Positions 24,831 to 34,423 of a DNA stretch of 64,000 bases are shown piece by piece. The notes under the pieces are model-generated. The model searched no databases. It worked only from the letters and a program-made list of their open reading frames with translations, and was not told where the DNA came from. Numbering within the stretch: position 1 is the first letter of the stretch; each line of letters begins with the position of its first letter. This DNA comes from an uncultured Azospirillaceae bacterium. GTDB taxonomy: Bacteria > Pseudomonadota > Alphaproteobacteria > Rickettsiales > UBA3002. The stretch covers positions 69,015 to 133,014 of the forward strand of contig CAYGTO010000003.1 in NCBI GenBank assembly GCA_964352815.1, written 5' to 3'. Made by a program: the position numbers and the translations under genes.

Positions 24831-27800
24831 TTACTCTTCAAACTCTTCCATGATGCTATCATTCACGCGCGTGTCTTTCTTAGACAAACGTTCTGGCTTA
24901 GAATCTTTTGATTGCTTGTCTTTATCTGCATAGACAGACAAATATTCGTTACGCATTTCTTGTGTTAACGAGTTGATCTCACGCAAACACTCATCAATAT
25001 CCGAAAACGCTTCGCCTTGCATCGGCACGACGTCGTTATCTTGCAGCAATGATGGGGTCTGCGCAAAATGATCGGTTTGCGTGAATGACATATTGATGTC
25101 TTCATTCGCATCCGACTCATCCGCCCAATCCGCAAGGTCTTCGCGCCCAAGATAACTGATGGCAAGTTCGCGGAACACATAATCGACCATCGAGGTTGCC
25201 GATTGAATCGCTTCATTGCCAATCACCTCGCCCGATGGCCGCGATGGGATGTTCAAGAAACTTTCCACAAATGATTCAAGCGGCACACCATGCTGCAGTG
25301 CGATCGAAATCGCCATTGCAAAATGGTTGGCGAGACTGCGCACTTCTACTGCTTCTTTTGGCATATCGATAAAAATTTCGCCCAGATCACCATCACGGTA
25401 TTCGCCCGTGCGTAGGTAAATCTTCTGATCGCCGATCATCGCCTTTTGCGTATAGCCACCGCGGCGTTCTGGCAATCCGCGTTTTCTCTCAACCACTTCT
25501 TCCGCGAGCACTTTGGCAACCGTTTCCACTTTCTCGCGCGACGAGGCCACCGTGATGTTCGGCACGTCTCTTTCTTCTTCCTCAGCAGTCTCCTCCGCCA
25601 CCTCTTCAACATCCACATGGCGTAGCACCGCATTCATCAATGCGGCACTCTCCCTAGAGAGCGAAATCGACTTCAGCCCCTTCTGCCACGCACGATAAAA
25701 GAGCTCCGCCATCTGATCGATCGGCGTATCAAATGGTACGGTAATATGATGCGCGACACCGCCCGTAATGCATGGCTGAATCTGCGCCATCATTTCGAGC
25801 TGCGCCTCAGAAGTGACCGTGTGTTCTTTTGCGGCAACAGAGCTTCCGCGGATCGCGAACACATCCGCATGGGACGGATCTTTAAACAGCGCAACATCCA
25901 AACGCTCATCGCCGCAGCAATAGCGATTCGCTTCATCAATTTCTTCCTGACTAAAGCCCATGGCTCGCAAGATATCAAACGACGCGTCGTGAATTTGGTC
26001 ATGGTTCAGCTTGAGCACTTTGCGGCAGGTGACATCCCCCAAAATCCATGGGTCAAACGCATGCGACAGATGCGCAACATTGGTCAGCGCACCTTCAACT
26101 CGCTGCACGACCTCTTCGGAGAAGCCTCGGTCTAACAATACGCTCCGGTTAATGTGCGGTGTTTCTTGTAAGTCGCGGCGCCCCAAAAGCACTGAACAGA
26201 TTCGTTCAATTTCTTCCTGTTCATAATCAAGCGCCGTTAACCCGGTGACCAGATGTGATTTCGACCATTTTTCGATACCAGCAGATGGGCGGACATCATA
26301 ATGCACCAGACTATTCTCTGGCGATACAGCGATACTCGCAGCATCGAGCATACGCGCCATGACCTGCGATTCATTAATCGTCGTAACCTGCGCATTACGG
26401 TAACCATACTCTTCGCCCAGATGCTTTGCCATATCCCACAGACGCGCAATCGCGTCCGACAAGTTAGTATTGTTGAGCGCTGTATGATTCAGAACCGGCG
26501 TCACTGAGCTCAGCGTATGTTTTTCCGCCGTGGCATGATGATGATAGGTGGCGACCGTTTGTTTCATCGCGCTCGTATTGTGCTGATAGTCGGCAAACGG
26601 CCCCAAGTCACGCGCGAGCAATGCGGAAGCATGGTAGCATGCTGCAGTCATCAGTGCAGCAATCGAGGCTGCTGTTGCACGGCCTTGATCCGAATCATAG
26701 GCGAGCCCCTGCCCCATCAAACTCGCTGCAAGGTTATGGAACCCTACGCCAATCGGGCGCGTACTGTGGGTGCGCATCGCAATGGTGCGCGAAGGGTATT
26801 GCGCCATCGCGTGTGAAATATCGAGCATGATCGTACTAAGCGCGCTAATATGTTCGATAGCTTGAGCATCAAACCCCTCCTTGGCATCCATGCATCGCAT
26901 GAGATTAATCGACGCATGAATCGACGCGGTATCATCTAAGAAATGCGTGTCGCCGCCGGTGCTTGATGCACGAATATCCTCGGATTCTGCACAGCCATTG
27001 GCCCTATTAATCGTGTCACTAAATTGCATTGAGGGAGCACCTACTGCCCATGCGCTTTGCGCTATTTCGCCCCACAGCCCCATAGAGTCTAACGCCTGCG
27101 CGCGGCTACCATCCTTGCGTTTCGAGGTATGCCATGATTCTGACGTGCCCAGCTGTTTCATAAACGCATCGGGAACCCGCACGGCAAGCTGCGTCTGATA
27201 AGAACTCATCGAAGCAAAAATATCGGACTGCTCTTCAAGACCGAACACAGGAATATCAATCTCCGTATAGCCCTGCTTCGCATAATCGAGCACGCGCTGA
27301 ATGTAAACTTCCGGGATCATTGCAGCACGCGCCTTTTTAAGTGCACGCTTCAAGCGCGGATTCGCCGACGGGTTGCAGCGCGACTGTTCGCTACCATGGC
27401 GCGTCGCTTCCATCAGCGCGATTAAATGTGTGCGCAACGCCTGCGCACCCGTATAGAGCGCCGCGGCTTTTTGTTCTTCGTCCATACGCCAACGGATGAA
27501 CGAGGTAATGTCCGGATGGTCGAGATCGACCGACACCATTTTGCAGCTACGGTGCGGAATGTTGCTCGCACGGACCGCACCAGCAGCCTTGTCACCGACC
27601 TGCAAAAAGCGCATCAACCCGAAACTGTACCCGCCGCTCGAGAGCTGTTCCCCCTCGCTGCGAATCGCAGAGAAATTACTTCCCGTACCCGCGCCGAACT
27701 TAAACATGCGCGTTTCATTCTTCCACAAATCCATGATGCCGCCCTCATTGACGAGATCATCTTTGACTTTCGGAAGGTAGACATCGTGCAGCGGCGGATG

Positions 27801-28376
27801 TTCGTAGGAGGTGAAAGAGCGCTTGAGTCGGTTATTTTCATGATCCACATAGACATGACCTTGTGAAGCGCCAGCAATGCCATACGCCCAGTGCAGGCCG
27901 TTATTCAGCCACTGCGGTCCGTGCGGCATGACGATCTGATTCGCCAACATGTGACACCATTCATCATAGAAGGCGCGCGCATCGGCTTCGGTATCGAAAT
28001 AGCCTTGCTTCCAGCCATGATACGTCCAGGCGCCAGCAAGGCGGTGGAAGAGTTGCTTCGCACTGGTTTCCGAGCCAAAGCGCTCTGCTTTTGGCACAAC
28101 ATTCAGCGCATCCCGGTCTGCTTCGTGACGCCATAGCCACTGCGGTACTCCCGGCTCTTCAACCGCACGCACATGACGCGGCACATCATTGCGACGGAAG
28201 AAATGGGTGATCAGCGTTTCGCTCGCAATGTAAGACCAGCGCTCCGGCACTTCGATATCGGTCATGCAGCATCGGCGAGAAGGATCATGATGGGGAATGT
28301 CAATATCGAGGGTCGAGAACGCAATACCGTCGTAAGGGCTCTGCCCCTCTTTCGTGTAATAGCGCGTGATCTGCAT
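24831..28376 (-). CDS. nrdJ: class II (adenosylcobalamin-dependent) ribonucleotide reductase, long form
   Basis: 1181 aa. The N-terminus MQITRYYTKEGQSPYDGIAFSTLD, PHRSCKMVSVDLDHPDI, and SPSMQFSDTINR... are typical of alphaproteobacterial NrdJ. Confidence 0.9.
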   Translation of the reverse strand: MQITRYYTKEGQSPYDGIAFSTLDIDIPHHDPSRRCCMTDIEVPERWSYIASETLITHFFRRNDVPRHVRAVEEPGVPQWLWRHEADRDALNVVPKAERFGSETSAKQLFHRLAGAWTYHGWKQGYFDTEADARAFYDEWCHMLANQIVMPHGPQWLNNGLHWAYGIAGASQGHVYVDHENNRLKRSFTSYEHPPLHDVYLPKVKDDLVNEGGIMDLWKNETRMFKFGAGTGSNFSAIRSEGEQLSSGGYSFGLMRFLQVGDKAAGAVRASNIPHRSCKMVSVDLDHPDITSFIRWRMDEEQKAAALYTGAQALRTHLIALMEATRHGSEQSRCNPSANPRLKRALKKARAAMIPEVYIQRVLDYAKQGYTEIDIPVFGLEEQSDIFASMSSYQTQLAVRVPDAFMKQLGTSESWHTSKRKDGSRAQALDSMGLWGEIAQSAWAVGAPSMQFSDTINRANGCAESEDIRASSTGGDTHFLDDTASIHASINLMRCMDAKEGFDAQAIEHISALSTIMLDISHAMAQYPSRTIAMRTHSTRPIGVGFHNLAASLMGQGLAYDSDQGRATAASIAALMTAACYHASALLARDLGPFADYQHNTSAMKQTVATYHHHATAEKHTLSSVTPVLNHTALNNTNLSDAIARLWDMAKHLGEEYGYRNAQVTTINESQVMARMLDAASIAVSPENSLVHYDVRPSAGIEKWSKSHLVTGLTALDYEQEEIERICSVLLGRRDLQETPHINRSVLLDRGFSEEVVQRVEGALTNVAHLSHAFDPWILGDVTCRKVLKLNHDQIHDASFDILRAMGFSQEEIDEANRYCCGDERLDVALFKDPSHADVFAIRGSSVAAKEHTVTSEAQLEMMAQIQPCITGGVAHHITVPFDTPIDQMAELFYRAWQKGLKSISLSRESAALMNAVLRHVDVEEVAEETAEEEERDVPNITVASSREKVETVAKVLAEEVVERKRGLPERRGGYTQKAMIGDQKIYLRTGEYRDGDLGEIFIDMPKEAVEVRSLANHFAMAISIALQHGVPLESFVESFLNIPSRPSGEVIGNEAIQSATSMVDYVFRELAISYLGREDLADWADESDANEDINMSFTQTDHFAQTPSLLQDNDVVPMQGEAFSDIDECLREINSLTQEMRNEYLSVYADKDKQSKDSKPERLSKKDTRVNDSIMEEFEE

Positions 28377-28557
28377 CGACAGTGTTCCCGTAGGTTTGGT
28401 CCAAAAATCTTGGTGACTGCCGAAAATATATGTTAAGCACAGCGTCTTGTGCGCCTGCTGTTACCTATTCGTAACATTGCGACTTTTACGTGACAACCGC
28501 CTTTCGTGTTATCAACAAGCGTTTTTTGTGGATAAATGGTAGGGATGCAACAGGGGT

Positions 28558-29937
28558 TTAGGCGAGCGCTGGTTGCGGCCGCGTGATCGCCGGCGCAGCA
28601 GGTGTTGAAAGCGCAATGCGTTCTTCTGAAGGATTGGCTTCGGCGACTTCACGGGCTGAACGACGCAATGCTTCTGTAGCTTCCTGCGCTTTGCCAGCTG
28701 CAGACGCTAATTGATCACTACCTAGGCTTTGCGAACCACGCTGGTAACGAGCAACAACAGATGCTGGGAGTTCAACGAACCCGTTTTCGTCGACGCGTCC
28801 GGATGCTGTAAGCTGGCGCAACTCTGCAATCGAAATACCCTGCATTTGGAAATGAGGCTTATCCGTAATCGACGAGAAGTTTCCTCCCCACGTAAATCCG
28901 TGGCGCTGCACAACCTCTCCTACTTTTGCCCAATGCGGATGGTTAGGTGACCAGTTTTTTGTACCGATGACGGACACAGGGACAATGTCTACTGCGACAG
29001 CATAGTTGTGATAAGAGCTGCCACCCCGTGCATTCGTCACAATAGGGCCATCCGTTGTTCTACCTTGCGCAAATAATGCATCTTGCCGCGCTGGATCACG
29101 ATATGTTTCCGTAACACGCACTTCAACACCCATCGCAGCAAGCTCATCAATAACCGCTCTGACTGAATCACGCATTGCTGGGTGTAATGCACCAATATCC
29201 TTTGTAACATCATTTGCGCCGCTAGACTTACCGCCACCACTGCGAGAAACAGAAGAACTTGAATCAGGCGTTTGAGTGCCGTTGTCACTTCGTCCAAAAA
29301 TCTTCGCCAGCTTGGGGTCAGAATCGATTGAAGCATATGCTTCTTCTCTTACCTCATCAAACGAACGCCTTTGCACCACAGCAGACACCATCAATAACAA
29401 GTTGAGAATCATCATTGCGAAGCTACCAAAACCATCTCCCAAGCCTTCAAGCATCGATGTGCGGTGTTCCTGTGCAGCGGTATCGGTTGCACCGGATGAT
29501 GCACCTCCAACAGAGACTCCTTCTGGCCCTGCGACACCCATTTTTTTGGTGATTTTCATAATATATTTTTGTGTTTCTTCTGGAAGTTTAGCGAAGTTTT
29601 CTGGCGACATATCGGTGATGCCTTTATCCGCCAAGTTTCTTGAGCCATGATTGTAAGCAGCCAGCGCCATATGAAGGTTTCCGTCATACTGATTCAACAA
29701 GTCACGATACATCCGGGCTGCGCCATCAGCCGATTGCTGAGGATTAAATGGGTCAACCCTATAGCCAGCCGCCGTTTTAGGCATGAACTGAAATAAGCCT
29801 TCTGCACCGGCATGCGAAACTGCTCTTGGGTTTCCCGCACTTTCCGTTTGCATGACAGCTTCAAGTAAGCCTGAGGGCAAACGATGGCGTGCCTCAAGCT
29901 GAGTAAACCCTAATTCTGCTGACCAATTGCGAGACAT
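28558..29937 (-). CDS. bifunctional cell-wall hydrolase: SLT lytic transglycosylase + TM segment + peptidase M15 (VanY/endolysin-like)
   Basis: SLT: LLEAVMQTESAGNP...AEGLFQFMP...AAYNHG. TM at aa 168-189. M15: SSYHNYAVAVDIVP...GFTWGGNF...DKPHFQ (H-D-H zinc ligands). Confidence 0.75.
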   Translation of the reverse strand: MSRNWSAELGFTQLEARHRLPSGLLEAVMQTESAGNPRAVSHAGAEGLFQFMPKTAAGYRVDPFNPQQSADGAARMYRDLLNQYDGNLHMALAAYNHGSRNLADKGITDMSPENFAKLPEETQKYIMKITKKMGVAGPEGVSVGGASSGATDTAAQEHRTSMLEGLGDGFGSFAMMILNLLLMVSAVVQRRSFDEVREEAYASIDSDPKLAKIFGRSDNGTQTPDSSSSVSRSGGGKSSGANDVTKDIGALHPAMRDSVRAVIDELAAMGVEVRVTETYRDPARQDALFAQGRTTDGPIVTNARGGSSYHNYAVAVDIVPVSVIGTKNWSPNHPHWAKVGEVVQRHGFTWGGNFSSITDKPHFQMQGISIAELRQLTASGRVDENGFVELPASVVARYQRGSQSLGSDQLASAAGKAQEATEALRRSAREVAEANPSEERIALSTPAAPAITRPQPALA

Positions 29938-30057
29938 TCACATTCCACAGTTTTTTCTATACTTCAGTATAGCAAAGCTGCGCGCGAGAAATGTGACAGT
30001 TTTGTGAAGTTGCGGATGAAAAGCACTTCAGAAGCGGTGCGGGAAAGGGTCCCTAAC

Positions 30058-30465
30058 CTACTGTTTTTTCTTAGAATCACAAGAGAGCAACGTGATGTCA
30101 TAGACCGGATGCTCGAGCGCAGAAAGCGCAGGCGAGCTGGCGAACATCCAGCCCGAGAAGCGACGCACATCGCCTTCGTCGGGCGTGCGCTCAATAATAT
30201 CCATTAATGCGGCATGTTCCGGGCGTTGATCAGGCGGCGATGACCAGCAGGTAAGCACACGGATCCATAACCGGCCAAACTGGGCAAATTCTCCCACCTT
30301 CACGGGAACCTTCTGCACTTGCGCGGTAATCTTATTCAGCCCTTGGAGTTGCGCCGTCACCGCTTCTTCTTTCTTAGGTTTCTCAGTGACCTGCTTCGGT
30401 GGCTCTTCCGCATATGCTTGCGGCGCCATCAGGCATAGACCCACCAACGCGGCAGAAACACGCAC
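30058..30465 (-). CDS. DUF2155-family periplasmic protein
   Basis: Signal peptide, then LNKITAQV...FGRLWIRVLTCW...FSGWMFASSPALSALEHPVYDITLLSC. GTG start. Usual neighbour of mlaD and NDUFA12-like genes. Confidence 0.7.
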   Translation of the reverse strand: MRVSAALVGLCLMAPQAYAEEPPKQVTEKPKKEEAVTAQLQGLNKITAQVQKVPVKVGEFAQFGRLWIRVLTCWSSPPDQRPEHAALMDIIERTPDEGDVRRFSGWMFASSPALSALEHPVYDITLLSCDSKKKQ

Positions 30466-30468
30466 CGT

Positions 30469-30981
30469 TTAGTCAGTGCTAAGGCTAGAGGGAACGCTGG
30501 CGCCACCTTCGAAGGAAGGGGCTTCTTCCTCTTCTTCCACACCGCCGCCAGAGAAGACAAATTTGCCAATCAACTCTTCTAAGCTGACCGACGATTGCGT
30601 GTATGAAATTACACCGCCCGCTTCGAGCATGTGCTCATCACCGCCTGGTTCGAGCTTAATGAATTTTTCGCCCAGCAACCCTGATGAGGCAATCGATGCC
30701 GAAGTGTCTCTCGGTAGCTCGATATCGTTCTTGATTTGTAGTTCTAAACGTGCGCGGTAGGTTTCTGGGTCGATGGCAACGGACTCAACCACGCCCACTT
30801 TAATGCCGCCAATCTGCACGTCACTACCAAGGCCCACACCGCCGACATCATCAAATAGCGCAGCAATACGGTAACCATCAACAGACTTCACATTACTGTT
30901 TTCATACGCAAACATTAGGAAAGCGGCTGCGACGATCAAGACCACGCCGCCCATAATGGTTTCAATAATATTCCGGTTCAT
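30469..30981 (-). CDS. mlaD: MlaD-family (MCE domain) lipid-asymmetry maintenance protein
   Basis: N-terminal TM anchor. MCE core YRIAALFDDVGGVGLGSDVQIGGIKVGVVESV...LLGEKFIKLEPG. Confidence 0.85.
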   Translation of the reverse strand: MNRNIIETIMGGVVLIVAAAFLMFAYENSNVKSVDGYRIAALFDDVGGVGLGSDVQIGGIKVGVVESVAIDPETYRARLELQIKNDIELPRDTSASIASSGLLGEKFIKLEPGGDEHMLEAGGVISYTQSSVSLEELIGKFVFSGGGVEEEEEAPSFEGGASVPSSLSTD

Positions 30982-30990
30982 AACGTCCTC

Positions 30991-31356
30991 TTATTCGGGT
31001 TTCCAGGCTTCATAATCACTCGTCGAGGGCTCGCGCTGTGCCCCGCGCAAAATATGGCCTGGCGGCACATATTTCAGCTCAGTCCCTGTCAAATTCGGTA
31101 GATGCTCTTGCTGCCATCCATATTGCGGCATTTGCTCTGCTTCAGTGGGTGGATTATCAATGGTATAATGCAACCAGGTGTGCCATGCGGGCGGTACTTT
31201 CGAGGCTTCCGGCCGGCCCTTATACATGACCCAGCGCTTGCGGCGCCCTTCGCTTGGCTCACGACGCTCTTGAAAATAGCGGTTACCGAACTGGTCTTTG
31301 CCGACTTCTTCGCCCTTGAACCAGGTGAAGAGTTTGGTACCAAAATCGATCATCAA
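30991..31356 (-). CDS. NDUFA12-family (complex I B17.2-like) protein
   Basis: LFTWFKGEEVGKDQFGNRYFQ...RWVMYKG..EASKVPPAWHTWLHYT. Confidence 0.85.
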   Translation of the reverse strand: MMIDFGTKLFTWFKGEEVGKDQFGNRYFQERREPSEGRRKRWVMYKGRPEASKVPPAWHTWLHYTIDNPPTEAEQMPQYGWQQEHLPNLTGTELKYVPPGHILRGAQREPSTSDYEAWKPE

Positions 31357-31365
31357 CGCCTCCTG

Positions 31366-31614
31366 CTATTCGAACTGTTTGCCACACGATGATTCCGCGA
31401 CCAGCCCTGCTTTGACATAATTTTCTTTTATCTTCTTATACGCGACGTAATCGGCGACTGCAACCACGGGGATGATAGATAGGAACAGGAAATCCTGTAA
31501 GACGGTTACAATGATGATCGTTAACAGTATTAAAGTGAAGGTCATGCCGTATTTCATCATGACGAGAATTCGCGCCGCCTGTTGTTTTTGCTGCTCGGTG
31601 GGAGCGCTGGACAT
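31366..31614 (-). CDS. hypothetical small membrane protein
   Basis: 82 aa with two hydrophobic helices. Starts 2 nt after the rpoD stop. Confidence 0.45.
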   Translation of the reverse strand: MSSAPTEQQKQQAARILVMMKYGMTFTLILLTIIIVTVLQDFLFLSIIPVVAVADYVAYKKIKENYVKAGLVAESSCGKQFE

Positions 31615-31616
31615 GC

Positions 31617-34226
31617 TTAATAATTATCCAAGAAGCTGCGCATTTTTCGGCTGCGGCTTGGGTGCTTCAGCTTGCGCAGGGCTTTGGCTTCAATCTGACG
31701 AATCCGCTCACGGGTCACGCTAAACTGCTGCCCCACTTCCTCGAGCGTATGGTCGGTGTTCATGCCAATGCCAAAGCGCATCCGCAGCACCCGCTCTTCG
31801 CGCGGTGTCAGCGTCGCCAGCACGCGGGTGGTGACTTCGCGCAGATTATTATGCACCGCGGAATCGAGCGGCAGAATCGCATTTTTATCTTCGATGAAAT
31901 CGCCAAGATGCGAATCTTCCTCATCACCCACCGGGGTTTCGAGCGAGACCGGCTCTTTCGCGATTTTCATCACCTTGCGCACTTTGTCGACAGGCATCAC
32001 CAAACGTTTCGCCAATTCTTCTGGCGTTGGCTCACGGCCAATTTCATGCAACATCTGACGACCGGTGCGGACAATTTTATTGATTGTTTCGATCATATGG
32101 ACCGGAATCCGGATCGTACGCGCTTGGTCCGCAATCGAACGGGTGATTGCCTGACGAATCCACCAGGTTGCATAGGTTGAGAATTTATAGCCGCGGCGAT
32201 ATTCGAACTTATCGACCGCCTTCATCAGGCCAATATTTCCTTCCTGAATCAGATCCAGGAATTGCAGCCCGCGATTGGTGTATTTCTTCGCGATCGAAAT
32301 CACGAGGCGCAGGTTTGCCTCAATCATCTCCTTCTTCGCACGTGATGCCTCGCGTTCACCCTTACTCACCGCGCCAACGACACGCTTGAATTCTTGCACA
32401 TCAAGGCCCTGTTGCTTCGCGACCGCTTCAATCTTCTCACGAATCTCAATGATTTCATCTTTGTGATTGGCAACAAACTCTTTCCAGCCCTTCTCCTTCA
32501 GCTTAGAAACATCTTTGATCCAGTCCGGTGCGACTTCATTGGTTGCGTAATGCTCAAGGAAATTTTTGCGACTGACTTTGGATTTTTCGGCAAGGCGGAG
32601 GAGCCGCGTCTCAAGTGCGATGAGCTTTTTATTTTCACCGTAGAGACGATCCATCAGCTCGTCGACACGCAGCGCGCTCAAACGCACCGTCAGCATGAGC
32701 TCAGTAAGATCCTTATGGAGAGCATCATACTTCTTTTGATCTACTGTGGCGAAACTACCTTCGCCAAATCCAGCACCCAGACGCTTATCCTGCAAGCGCT
32801 TCATCTTTTTCGCGATTTTAGCAAAATCGTCTAACGTTTCAAGGAACTGAGGCATGAGCGCATTTTCCATCGCCACCAGTGACATTGCCGTGTCATCATA
32901 ATCATCCTCGTCCTCTTCCTCTTCCTCGCCTTCGCCCTCTTCATCTTCCTTATCTTCATCCTCATCGGTTTCATCATCCGAATCTTTTTTGGATTTTTTC
33001 TTGGGCTTATCTTCTTCCTTTGTCTCTTTTTCTTTGGCCTCTTTTTCTTTTGTCTCCTCTTCCTCTAGCGTATCAAATGCCTCTTCAAGCTCGTCTTCTG
33101 TAGGCTCATCTTCATCTTCCGAGAAATCATTCTCAGCATTATAGGTGCCTTCCAGATCGATGATATCACGCAGTAAAATCTCACCCGTCGATAGCCCATC
33201 ACGCCAGGCCAGCATGGTGTCCATCACCACGGGACTTTCGCACAAAGACCGAATAATCATCTCGCGACCTTCTTCAATGCGCTTCGCAATCGCAATCTCA
33301 CCTTCGCGTGAGAGCAGCTCGACATTGCCCATCTCGCGCAAATACATGCGAACAGGGTCATCGGAGCGACCGTAATAATCATCACTCTTTGCTTCCGATT
33401 CCTCTTCTTCCGCTTCTTCGCCCTCAATCGTTACTTCTTTTTCTTCACTATCACCTTCCACAAGATCCGTCACCTTGATGCCATTTTTTTCAAGCGCATC
33501 AATCGTATTATCAATCACTTCGGGGGAGAATTCTTCCGCAGGAAGTACCGCATTCAAATCATCATACGTCACGAAGCCTTGCTTCTTACCCAGCGTCGCA
33601 AGTTTTTTCATGACATCAGGAGAGACACTATTCTTCAGATTTTCTGCCGGAACGGCTTTCTTCGCCGTCTTTTTCGTTTTGCTTTCTTTCGCAGTCGCCT
33701 TCTTCGGCGTTTCTGCTTTCGCTGGCTTTTTGGCTGCTGACTTTGGAGCTGCCTTCGTGGCTTTCGCTTTTACAGGCGCTTTAGATGCTGCCTTTTTCGA
33801 GGTCGATTTCGTTGATTTAACAGTTGCAGTCACAGACTTCTTAGCCTTTACAGGAGTGGTTTTTTTCGATGCGGTGGAAGCTGTCGTCTTCTTCGCGGTT
33901 GTTTTTGTTGTAGTAGTATTACGCGTGGCCGCCTTTTTAGGTGACGCTTTGGCCGCGACTTTTTTCGCAGGCGCTTTCTTAGCAGCGGCCTTTTTGGTTG
34001 GCGTCTTCTTCGCGGGAGATTTCTTCACCGCTGTTTTAGTAGTAACTTTTTTTACCGGTGTTTTTTTCGTAGCAGGCTTCTTGGCTGCTGGCTTTTTCAC
34101 TGTGACTTTCTTTGCTGGCGCTTTCTTAGCAGCAGACTTCTTCACCGCTGCTTTTTTGGCCGGCGCTTTTTTCGCTGCTGTTTTTTTTGCTGTTGATGCT
34201 TTTGCGGTTTTCTTCTTCGCTACCAT
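31617..34226 (-). CDS. rpoD: RNA polymerase primary sigma factor with Lys/Ala/Pro-rich N-terminal extension
   Basis: Regions 1.2-4.2 are canonical ([11 protein letters not shown], ...[55 protein letters not shown], ...[27 protein letters not shown]). aa 1-195 are AKKxP-type repeats in the same frame. Confidence 0.9.
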   Translation of the reverse strand: MVAKKKTAKASTAKKTAAKKAPAKKAAVKKSAAKKAPAKKVTVKKPAAKKPATKKTPVKKVTTKTAVKKSPAKKTPTKKAAAKKAPAKKVAAKASPKKAATRNTTTTKTTAKKTTASTASKKTTPVKAKKSVTATVKSTKSTSKKAASKAPVKAKATKAAPKSAAKKPAKAETPKKATAKESKTKKTAKKAVPAENLKNSVSPDVMKKLATLGKKQGFVTYDDLNAVLPAEEFSPEVIDNTIDALEKNGIKVTDLVEGDSEEKEVTIEGEEAEEEESEAKSDDYYGRSDDPVRMYLREMGNVELLSREGEIAIAKRIEEGREMIIRSLCESPVVMDTMLAWRDGLSTGEILLRDIIDLEGTYNAENDFSEDEDEPTEDELEEAFDTLEEEETKEKEAKEKETKEEDKPKKKSKKDSDDETDEDEDKEDEEGEGEEEEEDEDDYDDTAMSLVAMENALMPQFLETLDDFAKIAKKMKRLQDKRLGAGFGEGSFATVDQKKYDALHKDLTELMLTVRLSALRVDELMDRLYGENKKLIALETRLLRLAEKSKVSRKNFLEHYATNEVAPDWIKDVSKLKEKGWKEFVANHKDEIIEIREKIEAVAKQQGLDVQEFKRVVGAVSKGEREASRAKKEMIEANLRLVISIAKKYTNRGLQFLDLIQEGNIGLMKAVDKFEYRRGYKFSTYATWWIRQAITRSIADQARTIRIPVHMIETINKIVRTGRQMLHEIGREPTPEELAKRLVMPVDKVRKVMKIAKEPVSLETPVGDEEDSHLGDFIEDKNAILPLDSAVHNNLREVTTRVLATLTPREERVLRMRFGIGMNTDHTLEEVGQQFSVTRERIRQIEAKALRKLKHPSRSRKMRSFLDNY

Positions 34227-34423
34227 AGACGACCCCTGCCTTACATGAAGGCACTGTTTTATTCTGTCATTTGCCGAGAATAATAATGTATCTCAATTTC
34301 TTAACTGAAAAGAGATATAGAGATTTCTTGATAGACTTCAAGTATTAACTCTAGGCAAGGTGCTGTTTTATTCTGAAACCTTCAAGCAATAGCCCGCGGT
34401 TTTCCACAAGTCGGAGGCACAGA

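Noticed and set aside
28377-28557. Cobalamin riboswitch or NrdR boxes in the nrdJ leader.
   Set aside because: I found no B12-box-like sequence. The only AT-palindromic candidate (AAAATATATGTTAA near 28422-28435) matches the NrdR-box centre but lacks the flanking ACAC/GTGT arms, and there is no tandem partner at the usual spacing.
33475-34248. 257-aa plus-strand ORF rich in F/A/V opposite the rpoD 5' region. Similar long plus-strand ORFs lie opposite the OmpA-family gene (41795..42046, 42074..42544, 42593..43096).
   Set aside because: These are mirror-strand shadows of low-complexity Lys/Ala and Pro/Ala coding sequence. The minus-strand frames continue into unmistakable RpoD and OmpA-domain sequence.
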